64,000 bases of DNA from Azolla caroliniana (taxonomy: Eukaryota; Plantae; Polypodiophyta): the NCBI GenBank assembly GCA_043228905.1, contig JBHGNT010000022.1:2170001-2234000 (forward strand). The letters are read 5' to 3'. This document shows positions 1 to 11,243 of the stretch, piece by piece. Positions within the stretch are counted from its first letter, which is position 1. Every line of letters begins with the position of its first letter. The notes below the pieces were generated by a model. It did no database searches, had not been told where the DNA came from, and was given only the letters and a program-made list of their open reading frames with translations. The position numbers were made by a program, and so were the translations under genes.

Positions 1-500
1 TCCAGCAAGAGCTGAACAACATCCAACAAAGAGACATGTCGGTTACGGACTTCACCACCAAAATAAAGGAAATTTGTGATGCACTCGGGTCCATCAACGT
101 GACAGTGGACGAAGACGAGATGATTCAAATCTGCCTCGGTGGTCTAGCACAATGATACGGGTCAATCCGGACGACGATCTACACCCGGGAGAAGCCCTCG
201 TCCTTTGACTTACAATCAATGTTGATGGTCCAAGAAAACCACGTGAGCGGATCGACGACCACTCAATCGGACAACCGGATGCTCTACACGGAGTAGGATC
301 AGCCCTGTGGACGTAGAGGACGAGGTGGGTCGGCACGCAATGGAGGCGGCCGGCAAGAGCAACACCGAAGGCACAAAGACAGTGTTGATAGCTCTTTCGA
401 ACCCTACACAAGTAGGGGGAGTCAATGCAGTTCTGGGAACCAGGAAGGAAAGGCCGACACAGAATCCTGGTACTGTTGCAAGAAAGGCCAGAAGGAAAGC

Positions 501-3500
501 GTGCGTGCGTGCAGAAGGGTGGGACCACGGGGGTCTCGGACGAGGGGGAAAAGGGATGCCAAGAAAACCAACTCCAGACACGACTCGGAGGCAACCGAAC
601 ACGAGAGAGAGAGAGAAAAGAGAGAGAGAGAGAGAAAAGAGAGAGAGAGAGAGAGCATGCGCGTGACACCGACTCTTATGCACAGGAAACAAGAGCGGCT
701 ATGCTCCCGACACCACCAGATACACCAATATGCACAAACAGATATAAGTGTATATATTACAAAGGAGAAAGATACAACCCTGGCTTCGAGCCGGCTACGC
801 CCAGAAGAAAAGAAATTAACCCTAACAGCTTTGCCGCCATGGCTGCGGCGCCCGACTTCTCAAGAAGGAGAAGAAGAAGAAGAACTAACCCTAGAAATAA
901 AATGATCTTCTACATAATGGTATAGCCTTATGACTCAAAATGGGCAACCCCATACAAGAGACCCCTCACTTCCTTTTATAGCCTAAGGAGGGAGGAACGT
1001 TATAATGTGGGATCAATACTCACCCCTTATTCTATACACCGTTTTCCTACTATACATGTGCACATGTTGCACACCACCGACTTGCCCTATTCCACCCTGA
1101 TTTCACACTATAGTCGGAAATCTTCACGACATCCACCCCCACCAAACCACACATCCACCAGTATGTGCCAAGGAAGGAAAAGGGGTGAGAGATTTCGGCG
1201 ACGGTGAGCAACCGGGTCCTCCGCCTTACCGACACCCAATAGTCTCGCCGGCTCCTTGCCGGCGCCGATCCATCTTGCCGGCTCCTTACCGGTCTCGACC
1301 CGTCTCTCCATCCGATCCACCACGTCCGCTGCACGCACCTTCTTCTTCGACCGGCCCTCCCGAACACCGTTGCCAACCCGGTTTCTCTTCCTTCGCTCGC
1401 CATGCATGTCCTTCTGTGGGTTCTTCCCGTGTGCCATTATCGTTCCCTGAGTACGCGCTCGTGTTTTTCCCTTGCTTGCCATCACCCCAACCTCCATATC
1501 GGTGCCCTTCGTGTCGTCCCGGTTGTCGTCCCGTGTTGTTGCCCATCACGTTCGTCCCCTCGCCGCCACCTTCCGTCTCCTTGGTCTTATGTTGCCACGT
1601 CGGCTTGGACCGCCAAGGTCTTCAGAACCATTGTGGAGGAACCCTCTCCGGCCTTCTGTTCCAGATCACTAGAACCGGCAACCTATCTCCGCGCCGGTGT
1701 TCTTGCTCTGGCACCTCCGTGTGCCGCGCATCCGCCTTCCTTGTTCGGCACAGCCAGTGCCGAACACCGTCCCGTACTCGTGCTTCGCTTTGGCCCTTGA
1801 TGGCCACATGCACGTCTTCCGTTCCGCTTTCGGGTGTGCCTTTCCCGGCTCGGCCCACCGCTCCTTAACCGGGTGTCCCCGACAACTTACATGAAGATCA
1901 CCCTTGCCGCGTCCCGGCCCGCATCCGGCCTCCCCGTAGGCCTACCCCTTCCTCCCTTCCGGATCGGTTATCCGGAAGTCCGCTCCGCCCGGTTCTCGTA
2001 CGGGTCCGTCCGTCACTTCGCATTGCCGGGTCTCGTTCTTCTACCGCCAACGTTAGTATCTTGGTCTTACGTCGAATCCGATGCCGATTGCCGGAGCGGT
2101 GTGAGGTGACCCATAGGACCGGTCTTCGTTCTTCGCTTTGTCCCTTGTACTTCTCCCGAACTCGTCATCGCTCTCCTTGTTGTGCTCCCGCCTCCATCTC
2201 CCATCTCTTTCGGTCTCACGTTGCCACGTTGGCCGAACTGCCGAAGTCTCCGGTCAAGATGTGGGGACACCGATTTAGTAACGACTCACGACAACTCATC
2301 CGGGGCCACCGACCCTTTTAGTGGTGCCGGTGGATCGCATCTGCTCTATGATCAATCAAGCCCCACCTGGGCTTGATTCTCCAATGTTCGGAGTTTTGGC
2401 TCTGATGCTGATCCTACCGGAAGCGTTTCGAACCCTTGATCACCTCTCTTCGATTCCTGACCTTCGCCCGATCGGTCTTTCTCCCCATGTAAAAGAGGGC
2501 GGCTTGTTCCACACCCTCTCCCGTATCGGCACCTTCATGCCGATCCTGGCCCCGATCGAACAATCCATGACCAGATCGCGCTCCACCCGAATCGGAGCGT
2601 CGTGCGGTTCGGTCCCCTGTCGGGTCGTTTCTTGGTCCTTTCCTCGAACTTCTCCTGGGCCATTTCCCATCCATCTTCGTTGGCATCGTGCCAGGACTCC
2701 TTGATACCGTCATCCATCTCCTCGGTCTCACGTGGGCGTAAGGGCCCGAATGTCGAGTTATCCAGAATCAAATCCGAGGGCTCTTGTCCGTTCCTTCCCC
2801 ATATCGTCTCGCCGGCAATTCTCGGTCTCACGCCGCCACCTTCCTCTTCTTGGCACTCACGTCGGCACTCGGGCCTGACTACCATCGTCTCAGGAGCAAG
2901 TGTGGGAAGATGCGTAGAATCGCCCGTCCGTTTTACGCCCTTGTCTGTAGCCAATGACACCTCGTGGTCGGTGGTCGTTTCCTTACCGATCGCGCAAGCC
3001 CTGCCTGGGTTTGCTTTTCCAATGTCCGGAGTTCTGGGCTGACGTGCCCGAAACTGCCGGTCCCGACGTTCTGATTCTACGATCAGTATCTCGGCCTTAT
3101 CCTAGGCCGTTCTATCTCCTCAAGCCGAGAGGGCATTTTGTTTCGCAGCCTCTCCCGTGGTACCGTGGTACCGATCTTCTGCCTTCTCGTGGGCCAGGTC
3201 CGTCTCCTCAGCGTCGGTTTGCGGCCTTGATCTTTCCTCTTCCTCGAGCATTGCCTCGAGATCTGCGTACGCCTTCGCAATCCTGGCCCCGAAGCCGAGC
3301 CTTGTCGACTCTTTTTGCCGTTCAACCTCTTCCCACTGTGATGGCGCACAGTCGTGCGCCTTCCTCCTAGCCTTCTCGGCCCGCTCGTCACATAGCCGTT
3401 GGCAAACCCTTCCAACCTTCGACCAGTCCTCCGTAAGGCCATTTGCTCCGTCCTCGTCTTTGAGCTCAATCCCGATGGCCTCCCGTTCCTCTCGGTCGAT

Positions 3501-3563
3501 TGACCTAACGAACAACAGGACTTTGTCCGCCCCCACCAAACCTTGCCAGAAATCTTCACGATA
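501..3563 (-). mobile_element. Non-autonomous Ty3/gypsy-derived LTR element (Trp-primed group, GC-rich subfamily), ends partly deleted
   Basis: On the minus strand, GGTTTGGTGGGGGTGGA (PPT) is followed by TGTCGTGAAGATTT at 1131 (3' LTR start). A second TATCGTGAAGATTT starts at 3563. Gag fragment LVGADKVLLFVRSIDREEREAIGIELKDEDGANGLTEDW (3120-3596) is homologous to 6346-6945 and 30666 onward. Inserted in the copia Zn-knuckle region. Confidence 0.75.
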
Positions 3564-5029
3564 GTGCGCCGATTCGGACAAATTCGGATCCACCAAAGCC
3601 GGTCAGGAAAACCGGCAAAGCTCACACTATGCGGAATATTAGAAAGATCCGGAACCAGGAAGACCGGTAAAGGGCTAACCTTCGTGATGAAGCACAAGGC
3701 TAACTGGATGAAGAAGAGTACTTCCAAATCGGAAGAAGTATGGTACTGTTGCAAGAAAGGCCAGAAGGAAAGCGTGCGTGCGTGCAGAAGGGTGGGACCA
3801 CGGGGGTCTCGGACGAGGGGGAAAAGGGATGCCAAGAAAACCAACTCCAGACACGACTCGGAGGCAACCGAACACGAGAGAGAGAGAGAAAAGAGAGAGA
3901 GAGAGAGCATGCGCGTGACACCGACTCTTATGCACAGGAAACAAGAGCGGCTATGCTCCCGACACCACCAGATACACCAATATGCACAAACAGATACCAC
4001 CAGATACACCACCAGATACACCAAGGGCCCGAATGTCGAGTTATCCAGAATCAAATCCGAGGGCTCTTGTCCGTTCCTTCCCCATATCGTCTCGCCGGCA
4101 ATTCTCGGTCTCACGCCGCCACCTTCCTCTTCTTGGCACTCACGTCGGCACTCGGGCCTGACTACCATCGTCTCAGGAGCAAGTGTGGGAAGATGCGTAG
4201 AATCGCCCGTCTGTTTTACGCCCTTGTCTGTAGCCAATGACACCTCGTGGTCGGTGGTCGTTTCCTTACCGATCGCGCAAGCCCTGCCTGGGTTTGCTTT
4301 TCCAATGTCCGGAGTTCTGGGCTGACGTGCCCGAAACTGCCGGTCCGGACGTTCTGATTCTACGATCAGTATCTCGGCCTTATCCTAGGCCGTTCTATCT
4401 CCTCAAGCCGAGAGGGCATTTTGTTTCGCAGCCTCTCCCGTGGTACCGTGGTACCGATCTTCTGCCTTCTCGTGGGCCAGGTCCGTCTCCTCAGCGTCGG
4501 TTTGCGGCCTTGATCTTTCCTCTTCCTCGAGCATTGCCTCGAGATCTGCGTACGCCTTCGCAATCCTGGCCCCGAAGCCGAGCCTTGTCGACTCTTTTTG
4601 CCGTTCAACCTCTTCCCACTGTGATGGCGCACAGTCGTGCGCCTTCCTCCTAGCCTTCTCGGCCCGCTCGTCACCTAGCCGTTGGCAAACCCTTCCAACC
4701 TTCGACCAGTCCTCCGTAAGGCCATTTGCTCCGTCCTCGTCTTTGAGCTCAATCCCGATGGCCTCCCGTTCCTCTCGGTCGATTGACCTAACGAACAACA
4801 GGACTTTGTCCGCCCCCACCAAACCTTGCCAGAAATCTTCACGATAGTGCGCCGATTCGGACAAATTCGGATCCACCAAAGCCGGTCAGGAAAACCGGCA
4901 AAGCTCACACTATGCGGAATATTAGAAAGATCCGGAACCAGGAAGACCGGTAAAGGGCTAACCTTCGTGATGAAGCACAAGGCTAACTGGATGAAGAAGA
5001 GTACTTCCAAATCGGAAGAAGTATGGTAC
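2740..5029. repeat. Near-identical direct duplication (2740-3746 = 4023-5029) separated by a copy of about 468-744
   Basis: Identical or near-identical ORFs at a constant offset of 1283 (e.g. 2954-3370 and 4237-4653); only about 3 substitutions seen by eye. Confidence 0.95.
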
Positions 5030-6304
5030 GTTGATTTCAGAGCGTTGTCGTGTGAATCTTCTCACACTATGTAAAAAAATAATGAAATAATTATTATAGA
5101 TTAGAATAGTAGCTTACTATAGAAAGATGGATATACTCAAGAGCTTCAAAACGTATTTTACTATATACAAAATGGAGAAATACATATCAAGTTAAGTGAA
5201 AAGGAAGTTTGAGAAGATAGGGAAATTAGAACTATCCCACATAGATAGAAAACTTAAGGCCCTGGCTATATAAGCACCTTGAGGTGCCTCATTTTTCATT
5301 TGTGCTAAGAGCACTTTGGCCACTTTGTCTTGATGGATGATGGTGGCTAAGTTCCCAAACACTGGAAACTGGCCGGCAAGCAAAATCGGAACCGGGCGGG
5401 GAAGCAAAACCGGAAACCGACTGGCAAGCAAAACCTGAAACCGGATTGCAAGCAAAACCTGAAACCAGGCCGACAAGCAAAACCGGAACCGGGCTGGCAA
5501 GCAAAACCGGAAACTGGCCAGTAAGCAAACCGGATTCGGCGGCAGAGCCGGCGAGGCGGCCGCAATCGGCGACCGGACGAGGTTGGATGCAAACCGAATG
5601 GATAAAAGGATCATGTGGCTAATTAAAGAAAGGTAAAAGAGACTAAAGTAAAGGTCATGTGCACGGTCGCATGAAACTAAAAGAAAAAGCCACGCAACTA
5701 AAAATAGATGCAACTAAAAGAAGAAGCTATGCAACTAAAAGTAGAGGTCATGCAACAAAAAGTAGACATGCATATGATCAACGGGGAACTCCATACTCAT
5801 ACTCTCTCCATTAATTTTCTTTTCCTTCTCAACTCCCTTATCTTAGGGAAGCCATAACTCTCATAAACCCTAAATTCCATACGGAAGTGATAACACTCAA
5901 AAACCCTAATCTTCCCTACGAAAGCCATAATACTCATATAACCTAATCCTAATTTTCCTTACGGAAGATCTATCACTCATAATTCCAAATTTTTCCATAC
6001 GGAAGCTATTCAACTCATAAACCATAATCTCTTATCAAAGCCAAAAAACCCTAATTTTCTATAGAATTCATATCTTAATTTCCTCTTATCTATTACTCTA
6101 GTAATCTCCATTAGCTAAACTTTTTGTAATCTCAATCTTGAGATTGATTGTAATCTTTCTTTCCCTTTATTAATGAAATTTGTGAATCTTTCTCATTTTG
6201 TATTAATTGTTTAATATAATCATACTAATTTGATATCTTCCGGTCGGAGGCCCCGGGGTCCTGCCTCAAGTTCGCGTGTCCTCGTCGTATTTTCGCGACA
6301 TCTT

Positions 6305-6322
6305 TGGTGAACCCGACGTGAA
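6305..6322 (+). promoter_or_regulatory. Primer binding site complementary to the tRNA-Trp 3' end
   Basis: TGGTGAACCCGACGTGAA is the reverse complement of ...UUCACGUCGGGUUCACCA (plant cytosolic tRNA-Trp). It lies 4 nt after the LTR end. The same motif occurs at 12022 (14 nt) and 30129. Confidence 0.88.
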
Positions 6323-6345
6323 ATGAGGCGGCAGGACGATATCTT

Positions 6346-8436
6346 ATGAAGGCATATAGATACAAAGAGCCGAAGAGATGCAAACTATACGAGTTCGACC
6401 AATGGGTATCATCATTAAAAACCCACCAAAGTGCCATACATGCTTTCGTTGAGTTCGAGTGTCGCTTTGCACAACTCTCGGAGCGGGATCAAAGATTGGT
6501 AGGGGTGGAAAAAGTCCTAATGTTTGTGAAATCGATAGACCGGAAGGAAAGGAATGCCATTGGAATCCGACTTGAAGATGACGATGGTGCAAATGGCCTC
6601 ACAGAAGATTGGACTAAAGTGGAAAGAGTATGTCAACTTCACGATAAGAGGAAGACAAGATTCTCATCGGCAACAACACAACCTATGACAGATGGTGAAA
6701 GGAGGACGGGATGCAACTACAAACTACCACCTAAAGAAGAAAACCCGAAGAGGGAAGGTTCAACAATACTTGACATAGAAGTCTTGATGGAAGAGGCATT
6801 CGAGAACTTAAGGGTGCAAGTTGAGGCTGAAGAGAAGCTTCAAAAGGAGCGAAAATTGAAGCAAATGATGAACGAGGAAGAAGAGGCCTCCCAACAAATG
6901 CGGATTAATGTTACAGCCAATACGAAGGCCCAAGTTCGGTATTAAATCATCACGGGAAAAGATGTGGAACAAGACGCCTTCTCGTCTTGCAAAGAAACAA
7001 TGGCGAAGAATGAAACAAATGAATTGAGGATGGCGAGTGCCACTTCAAGCGAAGACAAATGTTTCGGAACACGCATCGTGTCTGAAACATCAAGTGATGA
7101 AGGTGCAAGCATGAGCAAAGCTTCCATGATCAAGGGAAATAAAAAGTGTGAGGCCGACATGATTGAGGAGATAGCCACGAAAAATGACATCGAGTCAGAG
7201 GTGACTATGGATGAGTCAATGGCAGATGGCCGTGTTGAGACTTTCTCCACACTTGTTCTAGAGACTTGGGCAGTTGCGTCGAAAAGGCAACGTGAGACCC
7301 GAGAGACGGAAGGTGGCGTCGAGGAAGTGAAAGCCAAAACTAACACATGCAAAGAAGAGGGAAGAATAATCGAGGCTTGCTAGATCAAGAGGATCAATGG
7401 GTACGAGGCCTATGAGTCTAAAGAGATAGCCACGAAAAATGACATCGAGTCAGAGATGGCTATGGACGAGTCAATGGCGGATGGCCATGTCGAGATTTTC
7501 TCCACACTTGTTCTAGAGACTTGGTCAGTTGCGTCAAAAAGCAAACGTGAGACCCAAGAGACGGAAGGTGGCGGCGAGGAAGTGAAGGCCAAATCTAACA
7601 CATGTGAAGAAGAGGGAGACGTCAAGCCGAAGAGGGTAGATGATGATCATGAAGAGACTTTCCCCACAAAGGTTCTTGAGACTTGGGCATTAACCGATGT
7701 AAGACCCAAGAGACAGAAGGTGGCAACAAAGAAACAAAGGTCAAAGTTAATACGAACAACCATAAGGTGGAAGTGGCAAAGAATAGCACGACAAAGGCAA
7801 CGCCAAATTACAAAATTCCTCCACACTCGTTTGAGAGACTTGGGCATTAACCGATGTAAGACCCAAGAGATGGACGATGGCGGTGAGGAAGCAAGGGTGA
7901 AAGCCAATGTGTGCAACAAGGAAGTAAAGCAAAGCAAAATGATGAAAGTCCATGTGTGCAACAAAGAGGTCAAGCAAAGCATGAAGACAAAAGCAAATGT
8001 GTGTGACAAAGAGACCAAGCAAACCTCAAAAAGCAAAGATGTGGGCCAAGTGGGCCAAGTGGGCCAAGCGGATACGAAAGATGTGATCACAAAATCTAAC
8101 AAGGATAATACTAGCGTAGAAGTCATGGTCCACTCCAACACAAGAGTATACCACGAAAGTGGACAAAATGGGAAGCATACAATATGGTCACTTAAGGACC
8201 TACAAGAGAGCATGTCATTAAAAAGTAAAGATGTGGGCCAAGTGGGCCAAGCGGATACGAAAGATGTGATCACAAAATCTAACAAGGATAATACTAGCGT
8301 AGAAGTCATGGTCCACTCCACCACAAGAGTATACCACGAAAGTGGACAAAATGGGAAGCATACAATATGGTCACTTAAGGACCCTCATTTTTCATTTGTG
8401 CTAAGAGCACTTTGGCCACTTTGTCTTGATGGATGA
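6346..8436 (+). pseudogene. Gag-fragment/acidic-repeat fusion reading frame, broken by in-frame stops
   Basis: ORFs 6346-6945, 6964-7383 and 7456-8436 share one frame. The N-terminal part is Gag-like (VEKVLMFVKSIDRKER..LEDDDGANGLTEDW). The C-terminal part repeats FSTLVLETWA and EIATKNDIESE and has a tandem duplication of about 183 bp. Confidence 0.7.
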
Positions 8437-10357
8437 TGGTGGCCAAGTTCTCAAAAATCGAAAACCGGTTGGTAAGCAAATCTGGAAACCGGTTGGTAAG
8501 CAAATCTGGAAACCGGCTGGTAAGCAAAACCGGAACCGGAACCGGCCGGCAAGCAAAACCGGAAACCGGTTGGTAAGCAAATCCAAAACCTGCCGGTAAG
8601 CAAATCCGAAAACCGGCCAGTAAGCAAAACCAGAATCCGGAAACCAACCGGTAAGCAAAACTGGAAACCGGCCGGTAAGCAAAACCGGAAACCGGGTGGT
8701 AAGCAAGACCGGAACCGGAACCGGCAAGCAAACTAGAATCGGCCGGCGAGGGATTCGGCGATCGGGCGGAACCGGCTACCGGACGAGGTTGGACGCGGAC
8801 GGACGGAAGATTAGATCATGCCACAAACTAAAGTAAAGTGAAGAGAACTAAAGTAAAGGCCATGTGGACGCAAGCAACTAAAGTTGGAGTGCATGCAAAA
8901 AGTAAAGATCATGTGGACGGTCGCATGCAACTAAAAGAAAAAGCCATGCAACTAAAAAGATATACTACTAAAAGAAAAGCTAAGCAACTAAAAGTAGAGG
9001 CCAAGCAACAAAAAGTGGACATGCAGACGATCAAGGGAGAACTCAATATAAAATTCCATTTTTTTTCCTACACTGATACTCTCTCCATATTATCTTAATT
9101 TTTTTTCGTTTCCTTCTTAGCTCCCCTATCTTAGGGAAGCCATAACTCTCATAAACCCTAAATTCCCTACGGAAGCCATAACACTCAAAAACGCTAATTT
9201 CCTTACGGAAGCCATAAACCCTAAACTTTCCCTACGGAAGCCATATCTCTCAAAATCCAAAATTCCTTATCAAAGCCATATCACTCAAGAATCATAATCT
9301 CTTATTTCCTCTAATATATTATTCTAGTAATCTCCTTAAGATTAAACTTTTGTAATCCCAATCTTGGGATTGATTGTAATTTTTCTTTTCTATTTGTTAA
9401 TGGAATTTGTCAATCTTTCTCATTTTCCATTAATTGTTTGATATAAACATACGAATCTGATATCTTCTGGTCGGAGGCCCCGAGGTCCTGCCTGAAGTTC
9501 GCGTATCCTCGTCATATTTTCGTGACAACGTCCAACCATATGACGAGCCATGAAGAGTGGTTCTCTGTTTTGGAGAAGCTGGAACAACCGGGGATTGTCG
9601 AAACTGGAGAGGACACCCCTCACCTGAGTGTGCATAGAGAAGAAGGCATACAAGTGCATCAACCCTTTGACCCGAGTAGTTCGGGTAAGTCGAGATGTAG
9701 TCTTCGACGAATCGGCATCTTGGTATAAGCCTGATTCGGTTCCACCCAACCCGAGCAAGGAAGACTTGAAAGTTAACTCGAATAATGATATTCGGTTAAG
9801 TCCTTTACCAAAGGACAATCCAAGCTCTACCGAGCTAAGTGGCCCACATGAGCCTTCAAGCCTTCCAAGCATGTCGCGGCCAAGTCCAAACTTAGACAAA
9901 GACAAATGTAAGATGCTCGAATACGAAGTGGATTACTCCGATGATAGTGATTCGGATGTGTCGGCTCCCTCACTATACAGTGAGTTTGGTGTACACATCA
10001 TGCGGACACCCGGAGTAAAGAAGGCACTCACATCAACGAGCGAAAAACTTTGATGCTATCTAGACAAAAGAACCCCGTCACTCGGCTCGGCTACGACGAG
10101 TATATGGCTCCTTATTATGCCTTCGTGATGAAGGTAGCGGCCGAACAAGAGCCTGAGAGCTATACAGATGCGGCTTGTGACCCACAATGGGTGGACACAG
10201 TTGGCCTTCGCCCATCTCACACTACAAGCCTTTGTCATAGGCTTGAGGGGGAGGAACCAAAACTGTCACAAAAATGTCGGCGCCGAAAGTTGAACAGAAG
10301 CTGACATCGAAAGAAAAAACAGATGTCAAACGCCTCACACTTGAACTTGAGGAGGGG

Positions 10358-10795
10358 TGTTGAGATATCAAGCTCAACTAGATGTAGTTAGTTAGTCAAC
10401 ACACATAACTTAGTAGTTACCTAGATAAAATCTAGTTAGTGTGTTGACATTAAAGCCTTAAATAGGATTTTGTACTTGAGTGGGATACATTGTAGATCCT
10501 TCACTCCCATGTTCATTTAATATAGGACTTATACCGTTGTACCTATATTCTACTCACACATGTGCACCTTTGCACATGAGATGTATATATACCTCATTGT
10601 GGGTATTTTTGTATTTCATGATGCTTTTTAATAAATTTAATTATCCCCCATCTTGTCTCATTGTTCATAAGTGTTCTTTCTCTCTTCCTCTCACACTCTC
10701 ACATACATACATGCACACACATAACATAATCTTCTGCTCCTTAATCACATAATTAGGTACTAATTCACCCGTAGTTAATTACCTAATTCTTAACA
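10358..10795 (+). repeat. Copia 3' LTR (same family as 22993-26910)
   Basis: TGTTGAGATATCAAGCTCAACTAG...TTAACA, preceded by TTGAGGAGGGG. Confidence 0.9.
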
Positions 10796-11243
10796 AGGTG
10801 AACACACATATTTATACAAGTTCTGAGATTGAATATCTCTAGAATATACCTCAGAAATATCTTTAGAATATATCCGTTTAGAATATACTAACGACTAAAA
10901 TATTTTGGAATGTACTATATGGTACACTATACAATACTAAACCATATACAAGTTCACATAAAACTCAAGAGTTTCCATATGGTTTATCTAACATGTTGAG
11001 TGAGCAAGCTCAACCGTATGCAGATCAGCTGAACAAGCCAGAGTTGGATCGGTGTCTAGATTGTATCCGAAACTAGGAGCCGGATTGGTGAGAAACGGAT
11101 CGGACAGCCGGATTCAAATGTGAACCAGAAGGCTAGGTAGTCAGAGTCCTCGTAGTTAGTGTCAGCCGCTTGTATGAGCATTGAAGTACATAGTACTTCT
11201 GTCGGTCCTTTTGAGGACTTGTATAAAAAGTGATGTTTAGCAC

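Larger units (their letters stand above)
5046..9527 (+). mobile_element. Non-autonomous tRNA-Trp-primed Ty3/gypsy-derived element; 5' LTR 5046-6300; 3' LTR remnant about 8375-9527
   Basis: TGTCG...CGACA / ...TGACA termini. 4-bp TSD GCGT/ACGT (one mismatch) inside the copia DSGAS protease motif. PBS at 6305. LTR ends match the element at 29651-36001. No PR/RT/RH/INT motifs internally. Confidence 0.88.
1..10795 (+). mobile_element. Disrupted Ty1/copia element; 5' end lies outside the window; interrupted by two nested insertions; no RT/RNase H; 3' LTR 10358-10795
   Basis: Gag (QQELNNIQQRDMSVTDFTTKIKEICDALGSI) at 1-500 with a Zn-knuckle remnant (WYCCKKGQKES). Protease motif VWYVD..ASNHMTSHEEW is split at 5045/9528. 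Integrase C-terminus (KKAYKCINP..VSRDVVFDES) at 9640-9730. PPT-like tract, then TGTTGAG...TTAACA LTR homologous to the LTRs at 22993/26468. Confidence 0.8.

Noticed and set aside
94-5074. Many long overlapping ORFs (e.g. 3083-4243, 386 aa; 3543-4325, 260 aa)
   Set aside because: They cross rearrangement junctions and (GA)n tracts in GC-rich TE sequence; they are chimeric or shadow frames, not genes.
6305-6322. tRNA-like sequence
   Set aside because: Only an 18-nt antisense match to a tRNA 3' end including CCA; it is a PBS, not a tRNA gene.
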